Part shown: one piece after another, positions 1 through 9,460 of the stretch
How the letters are laid out: each line of letters begins with the position of its first letter
Numbering within the stretch: the stretch's first letter is position 1
Sequence record: OQ939939
From: Escherichia phage SUT_E1620
Length of the DNA stretch: 64,000 nucleotides
Direction: 5' to 3' (one strand)
Notes under the pieces: generated by a model
The model's database searches: none
Seen by the model: the letters and a program-made list of their open reading frames with translations, nothing else
What the model was told of the DNA's origin: nothing
Program-made: the position numbers and the translations under genes

Positions 1-98
1 ATTTCACGACTGACTGGTATGGTTTGCTTCTATCGTCAAGATTTACAAGAAAAACGTTGCTTAGTTTACTATCCACCCATTACAAATAGGAAAGATTA

Positions 99-851
99 AT
101 GTCAGTATTAGTCGGTTTACATGGTGAGGCTGGTGCGGGAAAAGATACCGTTGCAGAATTAATGATTGACTGGTGTAATGACACGTTCCCAACGTGTTTA
201 TCCCGTCGTTACAGTTTTGCTAAACCCGTTTACGAACTTGCATCCGTAATCCTCGGGGTAACTCCAGAGTTTCTGGGAGAGCGCAGGGGAAAAGAGATTG
301 ACCAATGGTTTACGGTCACACAATCTCAATTGGAGCGAGCTAGAGACGTATGGTTTAAGTATGGTATCGATAAGTTTGAGGACTTCTCGTACGTTTGGCC
401 GATTTTTGAAGGAAAATACCTTGATCCTCAGCAGTTAATTGGGCAAGCTGATGATGCGCTGTATAGCGTGTTTATCTCCCCAAGAAAAATGCTACAGCTT
501 GTAGGTACTGAGTTAGGAAGGCAGCTGGTGCATGAACGCATTTGGCTCATAATTCTGGAGCAATCCATCGATAAAGACGACCCAGACGTCGCAATCGTTA
601 CCGATGTGCGTTTCCCCAATGAGGGAGAGCTAATCATGGAAACCAATACTCTAGATATGGATTCCATGCTTATTAAGGTTGAATCTGGTATTACTAATAA
701 GTATCGCATCGAGACAGATCATCCGTCTGAAAGCGGTATTCCTGAAAAATACATTTCTCATAAATTTGAGAATACCTTCAACGGACTTGATGCACTTCGT
801 ACCGATGTGTACCACTTCTGTGACTTAGAGCTAGAACCACTAGTTGGATAA
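99..851 (+). CDS. deoxynucleoside monophosphate kinase-like P-loop kinase
   Basis: 250 aa; N-terminal P-loop GLHGEAGAGKDT; SD AGGAAAG upstream; size and motif fit my recollection of the T5 dNMP kinase. Confidence 0.65.
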   Translation: MSVLVGLHGEAGAGKDTVAELMIDWCNDTFPTCLSRRYSFAKPVYELASVILGVTPEFLGERRGKEIDQWFTVTQSQLERARDVWFKYGIDKFEDFSYVWPIFEGKYLDPQQLIGQADDALYSVFISPRKMLQLVGTELGRQLVHERIWLIILEQSIDKDDPDVAIVTDVRFPNEGELIMETNTLDMDSMLIKVESGITNKYRIETDHPSESGIPEKYISHKFENTFNGLDALRTDVYHFCDLELEPLVG

Positions 852-863
852 TTAAGGATCACT

Positions 864-1463
864 ATGACTAATAAGAAAGAAGAAAAGACTAACCTGTTTC
901 ACACTGTTCGCCAATCTAACGAATATACCTTTTTCTTTGATGAAGAATTAGGATCACCGGATGAGTATCGTGACCTATCCATGATACTGATGCAGGCTGG
1001 TGAAGAAGATGAAATTAATCTGATGATTAATGGGCCTGGTGGTTACGTTGATACTGCTGCACAACTATCTAACCTAATCGCTAACTGTCGTGGAACGGTT
1101 ATTGGACACCTGCTCGGTCCTAGTGCTTCTGCTTACTGCACAATCTTCCTGTCTTGCCACGGTTGGGTTGTACATCCACATGCTACGCTTATGGGACATA
1201 CGTTCTCTGGCGGATTCTGTGAGAAAGGTCAAGAAATCAAGAAAGCCTATGAATCTTACAACCAGTTTGTAGAAGATATGATGCTCGATGTTTACTTCCC
1301 GTTCTTCTCTATTGACGAGATCGAGGATATGGTAAAAGAGAATAAGAATATCTACCTCAACAGCAAAGAAATCAATAAGCGTATTGAAATTTTGGCGAAT
1401 TATCGCAAAGAGCAATATAGTAAAGCTCAAGCTCCGCATCCAGAAGAACATGGAGAAGTGTAA
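864..1463 (+). CDS. ClpP/S14-like serine protease family protein (possibly divergent)
   Basis: 199 aa; INGPGG and GPSASA segments resemble ClpP core motifs; SD AAGGA upstream. Confidence 0.4.
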   Translation: MTNKKEEKTNLFHTVRQSNEYTFFFDEELGSPDEYRDLSMILMQAGEEDEINLMINGPGGYVDTAAQLSNLIANCRGTVIGHLLGPSASAYCTIFLSCHGWVVHPHATLMGHTFSGGFCEKGQEIKKAYESYNQFVEDMMLDVYFPFFSIDEIEDMVKENKNIYLNSKEINKRIEILANYRKEQYSKAQAPHPEEHGEV

Positions 1464-1472
1464 GTAGTTTTA

Positions 1473-1505
1473 AGCCAGAGTTTAACGACTCTGGCTTTTC
1501 TTTTG
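1473..1505 (+). terminator. rho-independent terminator
   Basis: stem GCCAGAG/CTCTGGC followed by T-run, directly after the stop at 1463. Confidence 0.5.
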
Positions 1506-1566
1506 CCTAAAATTCTTCTTGACAACTACAAAAAATTGTGCTCCAGAAGTGATCTTTAAAAACACG

Positions 1567-1595
1567 TTGTAATTTTCCTCTAGAATTAGTATAAT
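1567..1595 (+). promoter_or_regulatory. sigma70-type promoter
   Basis: TTGTAA, 17-bp spacer, TATAAT; upstream of the GTG-start gene at 1620. Confidence 0.45.
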
Positions 1596-1619
1596 GGTAA
1601 TGGTTAGAGGAGGTTACAA

Positions 1620-2276
1620 GTGGAAAAGTTTCTACAACTATTAACGGTACTGCTCCAAGAAGCGAAAGATCCAGCTTCGCTACTAAAACGTCTGCTAACT
1701 ATCTTAGTTGCTGTCATTATTTTCTTGTTTGTAAGTAACACTAGCGAGGTGATGTCATTTTTAAAGACTTTCTCCACGTCTGCGGTTTTACAGGATGTTC
1801 AAACCCAAAGGATAGATAACTTTCCTAATGTAGCACGAGAAAAGAGCATGGTTCTTTTCTCTCAGACGGGTGCGGATGCTGTTTTTGTAGTCAAGTATAA
1901 ACCCGATGCTATAAACGATTATTCGAACATTATTGCATGGGAAAGCAATGCGCAATTGGATAGGGCTGACTTGGCCGATAAAGCAGTAAACAAGACGTCT
2001 GAACTTTATAGACGTCACCTGGAAGGCTTTAACTACGCTTCGGATTTAAGTGTAAAAGTAAATAAGTATATGGGGTCAAATATACCCGCGTTTAAGAACG
2101 TTACTTTTAATTACGTCTACACTTGTCCGTATTTCAACCTAAATAATATCTATGCTGGATACATAGGTATTGCCTGGAAGGATAAACCCGTAGATACAGC
2201 TGACTCGGAACAATTTAATGAGTACTTAACAAAGCTTTGCTCACCGCAGCAAAGATCATTAGGTAGATCTATATGA
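1620..2276 (+). CDS. putative holin / lysis membrane protein
   Basis: 218 aa; GTG start with GAGGAGG SD; N-terminal hydrophobic helix; overlaps the start of the endolysin gene. Confidence 0.45.
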   Translation: MEKFLQLLTVLLQEAKDPASLLKRLLTILVAVIIFLFVSNTSEVMSFLKTFSTSAVLQDVQTQRIDNFPNVAREKSMVLFSQTGADAVFVVKYKPDAINDYSNIIAWESNAQLDRADLADKAVNKTSELYRRHLEGFNYASDLSVKVNKYMGSNIPAFKNVTFNYVYTCPYFNLNNIYAGYIGIAWKDKPVDTADSEQFNEYLTKLCSPQQRSLGRSI

Positions 2277-2686
2277 GTTTTAAATTTGGTAAAAATAGCG
2301 AAAAACAATTAGCAACTGTTAAGCCCGAGCTACAAAAGGTAGCTCGTAGGGCTTTAGAACTATCCCCATATGATTTCACAATCATACAGGGTATTCGTAC
2401 AGTAGCACAAAGTGCCCAAAATATTGCTAATGGTACTTCATTCTTGAAAGACCCTAGCAAAAGTAAGCATGTAACTGGAGACGCTATCGATTTTGCACCA
2501 TATATTAATGGTAAGATTGATTGGAAAGATCTGGAAGCATTTTGGGCTGTTAAGAAGGCTTTTGAACAAGCCGGTAAGGAACTTGGTGTCAAACTTCGTT
2601 TTGGTGCCGACTGGAATAGTTCTGGTGATTATCATGATGAGATCGATCGTGGTACTTACGATGGTGGTCACGTAGAATTAGTCTGA
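2273..2686 (+). CDS. endolysin, L-alanyl-D-glutamate peptidase (M15-type zinc peptidase)
   Basis: 137 aa; H-x6-D (HVTGDAID) and C-terminal DGGHVE zinc-ligand motifs; closely matches my memory of the T5 endolysin. Confidence 0.85.
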   Translation: MSFKFGKNSEKQLATVKPELQKVARRALELSPYDFTIIQGIRTVAQSAQNIANGTSFLKDPSKSKHVTGDAIDFAPYINGKIDWKDLEAFWAVKKAFEQAGKELGVKLRFGADWNSSGDYHDEIDRGTYDGGHVELV

Positions 2687-2695
2687 TAATAAATC

Positions 2696-2719
2696 AAGGC
2701 GGGAATTACCCCGCCTTTT
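2696..2719 (+). terminator. rho-independent terminator
   Basis: AAGGCGGGG-loop-CCCCGCCTT hairpin plus T-run after the endolysin stop. Confidence 0.55.
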
Positions 2720-2761
2720 AAAGCAAAGGGGGCTTTAAAAACTTAAGGATAGGAGAAAGCC

Positions 2762-3178
2762 ATGTTTGCAGAACTATTCACCATGATATTACTAGGAGTA
2801 TGGAAAATAAGCCTAGTAGTTTTCATCTTAATGATAATTCTCACTGTTGTCGCACTAGTTACCCAAAATGATACATTAAAGAAAGTCGTTCATGGGCTAG
2901 AGTATATAATTATGGGCACATTCGGCGTTTGCAAATGCAACTGCCAGAGGAATACGAAATATTGTTGGCTTTGGATGGAGTTAGAGAACTGCATCACAGT
3001 AGCCCTGGCTGTCTCATTCGGTATGATTCTTATGGCCCTTACTCTAGCATTGATACCACTAATGTTAGCTGGGGGAGTCACGGCTTATTTCACCCTTTTC
3101 TCCCCTATACTTATGTATTCAATATATCCAATAACTATGTACTTAGTTAGGAAGAGATTCCCACATCAAGCACACTAA
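2762..3178 (+). CDS. hydrophobic membrane protein
   Basis: 138 aa; several predicted TM helices; SD GGAGAAAG. Confidence 0.4.
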   Translation: MFAELFTMILLGVWKISLVVFILMIILTVVALVTQNDTLKKVVHGLEYIIMGTFGVCKCNCQRNTKYCWLWMELENCITVALAVSFGMILMALTLALIPLMLAGGVTAYFTLFSPILMYSIYPITMYLVRKRFPHQAH

Positions 3179-3191
3179 TATAAAAAAGTAG

Positions 3192-3220
3192 TTGACTTTC
3201 CACTGAAATTTTTATATAAT
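3192..3220 (+). promoter_or_regulatory. T5-type strong sigma70 promoter
   Basis: TTGACT-17-TATAAT followed by conserved TATAAATTGA..GAGGAG box. Confidence 0.5.
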
Positions 3221-3253
3221 ATTTGTATAAATTGAATCAGAGGAGTTTCACAA

Positions 3254-3661
3254 ATGTCAGATCGTTACTATACTCAGATGGCTAACCATTACAATATGGC
3301 TCCGTATGAATTGAACATCGCATTACGTGACCTCGATTCACCAGAGCGTGCAAAACTTGAGAAAAAGGCGGGAATTCGTATGTCTAGCAAGGGCAAGAAA
3401 CTTACTCGTATTGACTTAAATACCATGCTAATGGAAGAGCTTGGCGTGAATATTGAAGGTCAGAAGTTGCCTCTCAATGTTCTTGAAACGATGCTGGATA
3501 AAGTCAAAAAGAAAACCTATAAGAAAGTACAAGTACCGGAAGGCAGGCTAAAAGCCCCTTATCAGGCTGCTGTATCTGAGTGCTTAGGTGCTACCTTAGA
3601 TCTTAGCACTGCAACTGTTAAAGTGATGCGTGCGTTTTTAGAGGCAGTTAATAAATTGTGA
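3254..3661 (+). CDS. hypothetical protein
   Basis: 135 aa; SD GAGGAG; no recognised domain. Confidence 0.4.
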   Translation: MSDRYYTQMANHYNMAPYELNIALRDLDSPERAKLEKKAGIRMSSKGKKLTRIDLNTMLMEELGVNIEGQKLPLNVLETMLDKVKKKTYKKVQVPEGRLKAPYQAAVSECLGATLDLSTATVKVMRAFLEAVNKL

Positions 3662-4185
3662 TTACCCAAGAAAGATTGAAGGAACTTCTAGAGTACAATC
3701 CAGATACAGGGATATTTATATGGAAGAGCCGAAAGATAGATAGAAGTGGTTTTAACAAGCAATTCGCAGGAAAAGTTGCTGGCAATCCTCAAAATAACGG
3801 TTATATCAATATTACTGTTGATTCCGAAGTTCATGGGGCACATAGATTAGCTTTTCTTTACATGGAAGGCTATATGCCTGCAAGGGTAGACCACGAAAAC
3901 ATGGTTAGGTCTGATAACAAATGGCTTAACCTACGAGAAGCTACAGTCTCTCAAAATGGTGCTAATGCGTTAAAGTATTCGAACAATAGTTCTGGATATA
4001 AGAACGTATACTGGACAAAGAAAACGTGTAAATGGCAAGTACAGGTTATGAAAGAGGGTAAATCCTACTCGGGAGGATACTTCACAAACCTCAAAGATGC
4101 TGTAGAAACTGCCAATGAGTTAAGATTTGAATTATTTGGGGAATTTGCCCTATATGAACCATTTAAAGGAGATAAACATGAGTAA
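3658..4185 (+). CDS. HNH homing/nicking endonuclease
   Basis: 175 aa; HNH_3-like segment HGAHRLAFLY...VDHEN...DNKWLNLREAT...N; GTG start overlapping the upstream stop. Confidence 0.55.
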   Translation: MITQERLKELLEYNPDTGIFIWKSRKIDRSGFNKQFAGKVAGNPQNNGYINITVDSEVHGAHRLAFLYMEGYMPARVDHENMVRSDNKWLNLREATVSQNGANALKYSNNSSGYKNVYWTKKTCKWQVQVMKEGKSYSGGYFTNLKDAVETANELRFELFGEFALYEPFKGDKHE

Positions 4186-4468
4186 ATTAGTATATCTACT
4201 GAAGGGATCTACCTGCAATCCTTGTAAACTTTTCGAGCCTGTATTCGATAAAGTAGTACAGGACTACAGTCTAGAAGTTCATAAAGAGACTGATAACACA
4301 GAACTTATGCAGAAATTTGGCGTTCGTCAGGTTCCTGTAGTAGTTCTAGCAGATCGTCTCCCTAATGGTCGTGTGGAAGCCAACCACATTCTGATTGGTC
4401 GTCAACTTCGTAAAGAAACTATGCATGACGCAATAAAAAACTTCCTGGAAGATAATCCAGAAGATTAA
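4178..4468 (+). CDS. thioredoxin-like CxxC protein
   Basis: ATG at 4178 with AGGAG SD (the track ORF starts earlier at 4127); CNPC redox-type motif near the N-terminus. Confidence 0.4.
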   Translation: MSKLVYLLKGSTCNPCKLFEPVFDKVVQDYSLEVHKETDNTELMQKFGVRQVPVVVLADRLPNGRVEANHILIGRQLRKETMHDAIKNFLEDNPED

Positions 4469-4475
4469 TAAATCT

Positions 4476-4505
4476 AACCCAGATCTTAGCTGATCTGGGT
4501 TTTTT
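4476..4505 (+). terminator. rho-independent terminator
   Basis: AACCCAGATC-loop-GATCTGGGTT hairpin followed by TTTTTT. Confidence 0.6.
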
Positions 4506-4510
4506 ATTAC

Positions 4511-4539
4511 TTGCTTTCTGCTAAAAATTTTGATATAAT
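4511..4539 (+). promoter_or_regulatory. T5-type strong sigma70 promoter
   Basis: TTGCTT-17-TATAAT plus downstream TATAAATTGATGAGAGGAG box. Confidence 0.55.
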
Positions 4540-4570
4540 ATATGTATAAATTGATGAGAGGAGTATCACA

Positions 4571-4951
4571 TTGAATTACGCATATCTTATAATACATAAC
4601 AATGTGGTCTGTGGTACTCGAGCTGTAGAGATGGGAATCACAGAAGAAAAGTATAACTCTTTGTCTAAATCGGAGCAAGAATACTATGTTGAACAGGCTG
4701 CTTGGGAATATGCTGAGGCTTATCCCGAAGAACGTGAAGGCCGTGTTACTATTGTTGTTACTTTGGGGCTGGTGGGCTGTGATACCGAAGTTGATACAGA
4801 TCTAGAAACACTTGAAGAATGGGAAGAATTGGATATTGCAGAACAAAATGCTATCATCCGTCAATCTTTCTGGGAAGCAGTAGACTGTCACGTTGTCTTT
4901 GAGCCAAATGATACAGAAGCTGAAAAACACACTAATTGGATGACTCGATAA
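4571..4951 (+). CDS. hypothetical acidic protein
   Basis: 126 aa; TTG start after GAGAGGAG; no recognised domain. Confidence 0.4.
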   Translation: MNYAYLIIHNNVVCGTRAVEMGITEEKYNSLSKSEQEYYVEQAAWEYAEAYPEEREGRVTIVVTLGLVGCDTEVDTDLETLEEWEELDIAEQNAIIRQSFWEAVDCHVVFEPNDTEAEKHTNWMTR

Positions 4952-5814
4952 TGAAAAAAGAATTTAACCTGCACGAAATGTTAGTAGTACCAGACGATGT
5001 TAACCTGTTCTTCGTAGGAGATATTCACGGCTGTAATGATATGCTGGAAGATGCTCTTAAACTAGCAGGATATAAAGAAAAGCGTGACTATGTTGTCTGT
5101 GTTGGCGACTTAATTGACCGTGGCCCGCAGAACTTACAGGTTCTAGCCAAATTCTTATATAACCCACGCTTCCGCAGCGTTCGTGGCAACCATGATCAGT
5201 TTATGATTGCTGGTGACTACGCCAACTGGATGTATAATGGTGGAATGTGGGCAATGAATGATCTAGATACCGATACAATTAAAGGTATCGCAGAAGATAT
5301 GGCAGTTAAAATGCCAGTATTCATGACTGTACTCCATCGTGGCAAGAAATATGGTGTTGTTCATGGTGGAATACCATTCCGATATAAAGATGCGGGATTA
5401 GATGTACATACACCTAATTGGGACGATATTATTGATCATATCGCTGCAAGTGAAAATGATCCTAATGATCATCCTAGTTATTACATTGAGCCATATCTAT
5501 GGGATCGTGATGTAATTCAGGAAATTGGTTTTCATCTGTCTAAGCAAGGTGCAGAGCACCCCTATTTCCAGCGTTATGCAGGATTTAAAGATGAACTGAC
5601 TGTGGAAGTGCCAGAAGTTGAAAGTGTAGATTTCGTATTCCATGGTCACACTGGTGTTCCTTACCCAATTCTGTACAAGAACCGTGTTTATCTCGATACT
5701 GGCGGTGTTTTCAACGGGCAGTTGACGGTTGCGCAAGTTAATGATGAAGCCGGTAAGATCATGACATTTACCACAGATAAAAATGATAGCTGTGGTGTAC
5801 AGAGGATTCTATAA
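4951..5814 (+). CDS. Ser/Thr protein phosphatase (calcineurin-like metallophosphatase)
   Basis: GDIHG, GDLIDRG and GNHD motifs; TAATG coupling to the upstream gene (track start 4936). Confidence 0.7.
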   Translation: MKKEFNLHEMLVVPDDVNLFFVGDIHGCNDMLEDALKLAGYKEKRDYVVCVGDLIDRGPQNLQVLAKFLYNPRFRSVRGNHDQFMIAGDYANWMYNGGMWAMNDLDTDTIKGIAEDMAVKMPVFMTVLHRGKKYGVVHGGIPFRYKDAGLDVHTPNWDDIIDHIAASENDPNDHPSYYIEPYLWDRDVIQEIGFHLSKQGAEHPYFQRYAGFKDELTVEVPEVESVDFVFHGHTGVPYPILYKNRVYLDTGGVFNGQLTVAQVNDEAGKIMTFTTDKNDSCGVQRIL

Positions 5815-6182
5815 TGGAACGTGAAGAACGTTATGTAGTTATAAAGCTATCTGATATTGAGAAAGCCATAGAATTAGGACATATCACTCAAAGTAACTTT
5901 ACTGCTTTGGAGCATATCTTGTCCAAAATATGGTATAGTCGAGCACAACGTGGTAAAGAGGATCTTAAAACAGTCGTAGTAGAGCATGATTGGCCAGAGT
6001 ACGAAGAAGTCTGGAAGATGCTAGAGAATCGTGTTGAATTTGAACAAGCACGACAGGAAGAGGTTGACAAAGGCTACCAAGAAGCGAAAGAGCACCATGA
6101 GGTTTATGATGAAATATTCAAACTTCGTGGTATTAGTAGTTATTGTCAGGGCTGGAATAAATATGCGGAGGAAGTTCTGTAA
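5814..6182 (+). CDS. hypothetical protein
   Basis: 122 aa; TAATG-coupled start. Confidence 0.4.
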   Translation: MEREERYVVIKLSDIEKAIELGHITQSNFTALEHILSKIWYSRAQRGKEDLKTVVVEHDWPEYEEVWKMLENRVEFEQARQEEVDKGYQEAKEHHEVYDEIFKLRGISSYCQGWNKYAEEVL

Positions 6183-6388
6183 TGAAGAGATTACTACTAT
6201 TATCAGTACTAATACTAGCTGGATGTGATTCCTACGACGATAATATGAGATTTACTGCAGAAGATACAAAACACTTATGTGATGTAGCTGGAGGTGAGCT
6301 AGATTATTCCAGTATTCAAATTGGACTCACAAAAGGTATATTCTACGATAGTTATACTATTACATCCACATGTGTAAGGAATAAATAA
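6182..6388 (+). CDS. small lipoprotein
   Basis: 68 aa; signal peptide with lipobox LAGC. Confidence 0.45.
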   Translation: MKRLLLLSVLILAGCDSYDDNMRFTAEDTKHLCDVAGGELDYSSIQIGLTKGIFYDSYTITSTCVRNK

Positions 6389-6978
6389 TGAAAGTTAAAT
6401 TCTGGAGTGAACTCCACTTAGACCACCCAGGGATTCTTCGTTTTCGCCCCTGGTTTAAGAACATGAAAGAGCACGATGAGTATATCCTAGATACTTTGTC
6501 CAAGCACATTGGCAAGCGTACAAAACTTGTGCTGCTAGGAGATAGTGCCATGGGGCGAGAAGGGTTGGCCAAGTTGAAGTCGGTTATCCACAACGTGCCT
6601 AACCAACTAATTATGGGAAACCACGATGCTGAGCGTCAGGGTCTGCATATTAAAGATCTTATAGACGTTTATGATGATATTCAGGCTCTAGGTAAGCAAA
6701 CAGGTGGTGGCAAGAAGTTTTGGCTGTCACATTGTCCATTGCACGAAGCAGAACTTCGTGGTAGGCTAAACATTCACGGACATGTGCACACTAATTCTGT
6801 GCGTGACCCACGTTATATCAACGTCTCTTTTGAGATGAGCAAGACTCCTATTCCTCTAGAGGATATTGTGTCGGGCAAATTCACAAGCTATGATAAAGTG
6901 GTTAACTGCACTACTGGTGAAGTACTCCAAATCGATGAAGATGTGGCAGCGGTATTGAGGGGAGATATCAATGTTTGA
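6388..6978 (+). CDS. metallophosphoesterase
   Basis: 196 aa; GD..., GNHD and GHVH motifs. Confidence 0.5.
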   Translation: MKVKFWSELHLDHPGILRFRPWFKNMKEHDEYILDTLSKHIGKRTKLVLLGDSAMGREGLAKLKSVIHNVPNQLIMGNHDAERQGLHIKDLIDVYDDIQALGKQTGGGKKFWLSHCPLHEAELRGRLNIHGHVHTNSVRDPRYINVSFEMSKTPIPLEDIVSGKFTSYDKVVNCTTGEVLQIDEDVAAVLRGDINV

Positions 6979-7044
6979 TTTTGATGGCATGGCTCGTGAG
7001 ATATTTATAGCAATAGGGATAGTAGTTCTTATCTCTTTCTTTAC

Positions 7045-7069
7045 GGGCCTAGGCTTAGGCCTTTTATTT
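7045..7069 (+). terminator. rho-independent terminator
   Basis: GGCCTA-GGCT-TAGGCC hairpin followed by TTTTATTTT. Confidence 0.45.
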
Positions 7070-7080
7070 TAAAACTTCAT

Positions 7081-7109
7081 TTGCTAAAATGCTTAGTTTT
7101 CTGTATAAT
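7081..7109 (+). promoter_or_regulatory. T5-type strong sigma70 promoter
   Basis: TTGCTA-17-TATAAT plus TTTATAAATTGATGAGAAGGAA box. Confidence 0.55.
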
Positions 7110-7139
7110 TACTTTATAAATTGATGAGAAGGAATCAAA

Positions 7140-7571
7140 ATGCAAAAGATTGATAAAGCACTCTTAATCGCAACAGCTGATAAGTTTGAGCAAGTTAAAG
7201 CTACTTTTAAGGCAGTCTTTCAGTCCTATGTTCAAGACAAATCGAACCCTATTTCTGAGCGTTTGATGATGTGGGAATGTTTTGCTTGCAATGCTCTGCT
7301 AATTTCCGATTATAAGGGAGAAGTATCTGAGGAATTGCATGAGATCTTTATTAATGAGGATACTCCACGCTATCAGTTAGTGAACTTCCAAGATCTAGCT
7401 GAGCAAGTTATTCCTGATGATCTTTGGGACAAGTATTACGGTGATCCTGAAGAAGATGGTATGGAACCTGAGAAGTGCATAGAACTGATCTGTAAGGATC
7501 ATCCTGAAATTGCTGAGAAATTTGAGTTAGTATTTGCTTCTGAGTTCTCAGGTTTCGTTAACGATTGGTAA
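7140..7571 (+). CDS. hypothetical acidic protein
   Basis: 143 aa; SD AAGGAA. Confidence 0.4.
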   Translation: MQKIDKALLIATADKFEQVKATFKAVFQSYVQDKSNPISERLMMWECFACNALLISDYKGEVSEELHEIFINEDTPRYQLVNFQDLAEQVIPDDLWDKYYGDPEEDGMEPEKCIELICKDHPEIAEKFELVFASEFSGFVNDW

Positions 7572-7588
7572 GTAAATAAAAAATTCAG

Positions 7589-7617
7589 TTGCTTTTAGCT
7601 TTAAAATTCTGTATAAT
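7589..7617 (+). promoter_or_regulatory. T5-type strong sigma70 promoter
   Basis: TTGCTT-17-TATAAT plus CATAAATTAATGAGAGAGGA box. Confidence 0.55.
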
Positions 7618-7649
7618 AAGTTCATAAATTAATGAGAGAGGAAATTCTA

Positions 7650-7901
7650 ATGGAAAACATGACTAAAACTGAAATGGCTAACGTTCTGGCAATTCTCCTC
7701 GATATGCAGGGTTTTGAAGGTCAGCTCATGAAGATGTCTATTCCGGCAATGAAAAAGATGTACGATTCTCTGAACAAGAATGCTATGGCATTCAACCTCG
7801 CAAAACAGGAAGCACGTTTTGCGAAAGAGCATCAAGCAACTGCCGAACGTCGTGCAGCATCTTTTGAGCGTGAAGTTAAGCAACTAAAAGGTAAGAAATA
7901 A
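7650..7901 (+). CDS. hypothetical protein
   Basis: ATG at 7650 (residue 7 of the track ORF) follows SD GAGAGAGG. Confidence 0.4.
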   Translation: MENMTKTEMANVLAILLDMQGFEGQLMKMSIPAMKKMYDSLNKNAMAFNLAKQEARFAKEHQATAERRAASFEREVKQLKGKK

Positions 7902-8314
7902 TGACTTACAGCCAATTCTTCTATTCACTAGGGCTTGGTGCCTTAGTTTCACTCTGTATTTCGATGGGCACGACGGGCTATATGCTTAGTCAAAGAGATG
8001 CAGATTTACCAAAACCAGTAACTAAAGAAGTATACGTTTATGCTAGTCCTGAAGTACAAGCAATAGCGGAACGTAATAGAGTGCTCGCAGAAGCAAACGT
8101 TGCACTTAAACAAACAGAATTAGATGAAGCGTTATCGAAATATTCTGGGGTTGAAGTAGTAGATGCCTACAAAATGGAAGACTCAATTGAAGTCAAGCTT
8201 CAAATTGAAGAGGGTAAAAGATTCTGTAAAATGAATGATTCCTTCTTAGTAAAAATTAAGTTTTATGAAACTATAAGCCCCTACATTAAATGTAGTAATG
8301 GAGTAACGGATTAA
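7901..8314 (+). CDS. hypothetical membrane-anchored protein
   Basis: 137 aa; N-terminal TM; TAATG coupling. Confidence 0.35.
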   Translation: MTYSQFFYSLGLGALVSLCISMGTTGYMLSQRDADLPKPVTKEVYVYASPEVQAIAERNRVLAEANVALKQTELDEALSKYSGVEVVDAYKMEDSIEVKLQIEEGKRFCKMNDSFLVKIKFYETISPYIKCSNGVTD

Positions 8315-8595
8315 TGATTACAGAAATTTTAATTGGATTGCTGGTTCTCACGACTTTAGCAGCAATTGGTGGAATCATTGGCATTCTTAATGCTAATAAA
8401 AATATGGAGAGGATGCGCCTCACCAATGATGGGCTAGTTAAACGCCTTGTCGAACAGGAAGAAGATATCGAATTAGCCCAAAGACGTTCAGATCTCCTTA
8501 AAGAAAAGCTAATGAATATTGAAACTCTTGTTGGTAACACTAAACTTCCTATTAAAGTCCTGCGCGCTCAGGTAATCACGGAGATTAAGAAATGA
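8314..8595 (+). CDS. hypothetical membrane-anchored coiled-coil protein
   Basis: 93 aa; N-terminal TM; coupled start. Confidence 0.35.
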   Translation: MITEILIGLLVLTTLAAIGGIIGILNANKNMERMRLTNDGLVKRLVEQEEDIELAQRRSDLLKEKLMNIETLVGNTKLPIKVLRAQVITEIKK

Positions 8596-8837
8596 TGTTA
8601 ATTATCTTAGCTTTTTATCTGGTTATTGTTGGTGTTCTGGTTACTAAGTATCATACCTGGACCCCGAAGAACGTTGGTAAAGTAGCACTGTTTGTTCTGC
8701 CAGTTCCTATCATCATCGTTGCAATGCTGTTCACGATGTTGGCCGGTAAAGTGACAAAAACTGACGTTAAACGCATTGTAGACGAACTACAGCAATCTTC
8801 TGACATGATCGAGGATATTCTGAAAGATGAAGCTTAA
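8592..8837 (+). CDS. hypothetical membrane protein
   Basis: 81 aa; two hydrophobic segments; ATGA overlap. Confidence 0.35.
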   Translation: MMLIILAFYLVIVGVLVTKYHTWTPKNVGKVALFVLPVPIIIVAMLFTMLAGKVTKTDVKRIVDELQQSSDMIEDILKDEA

Positions 8838-9159
8838 TTTTAGTGAATTAACCCTGCTGGACGAGTTTCTAGGTTTTGTTACTGAACGTGGGTTTATTAA
8901 TGTAGATCCTCAGACACTAGAAGTCTTGCAATCCATCCAGAATAAAACTAAAACAGATCTGGAAGACTTATGGCGACCACTTTCTGAGCTAACTCCTCTT
9001 AATATGAAAGTGATTGTTAAAAATATTGAAACTGGTGAAGAACGTGAGATGGTTCGTAAAGAACTGGCTAATAGTTATTCTCCAGAGTCCCTAGTGATGC
9101 ATCATGACGATGAACCAGAAACACTTTGGACAGCCCATTATATTTGGCGTCTGCCTTGA
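8827..9159 (+). CDS. hypothetical protein
   Basis: 110 aa; overlaps the upstream gene. Confidence 0.35.
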   Translation: MKLNFSELTLLDEFLGFVTERGFINVDPQTLEVLQSIQNKTKTDLEDLWRPLSELTPLNMKVIVKNIETGEEREMVRKELANSYSPESLVMHHDDEPETLWTAHYIWRLP

Positions 9160-9259
9160 TTGATTTAACAACTGTTACGGCAATCCTAATCTTCGGTTTA
9201 GTGGTTGCCGTTTTCATAATCGTTGAGCAGGCCAAAGTAATACGGAGACTTAAAAATAG

Positions 9260-9460
9260 ATGATTAATTTTTATAACCCTAACTTGCAGAAAGCAACGTG
9301 GGATTACTTTATAATTCTACCAGCTTTTATGTTAAGTTGTGCAATCATTAACATTATGTATCAAGAAGCTGGTTGGACAGTCCAAGATTTCCACATTTCA
9401 CAAGTTCTTCCTTTCATGTATGAAGGCGTTATCGCAGCAATAAATGGAGTTCGTAAATGA
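9260..9460 (+). CDS. hypothetical small membrane protein
   Basis: 66 aa; hydrophobic. Confidence 0.3.
   Translation: MINFYNPNLQKATWDYFIILPAFMLSCAIINIMYQEAGWTVQDFHISQVLPFMYEGVIAAINGVRK

Noticed and set aside
6971-7072. 33-aa hydrophobic ORF (MFDFDG...GLGLGLLF)
   Set aside because: Its C-terminal third is encoded by the terminator hairpin and T-run at 7045-7069, so the reading frame is probably incidental.
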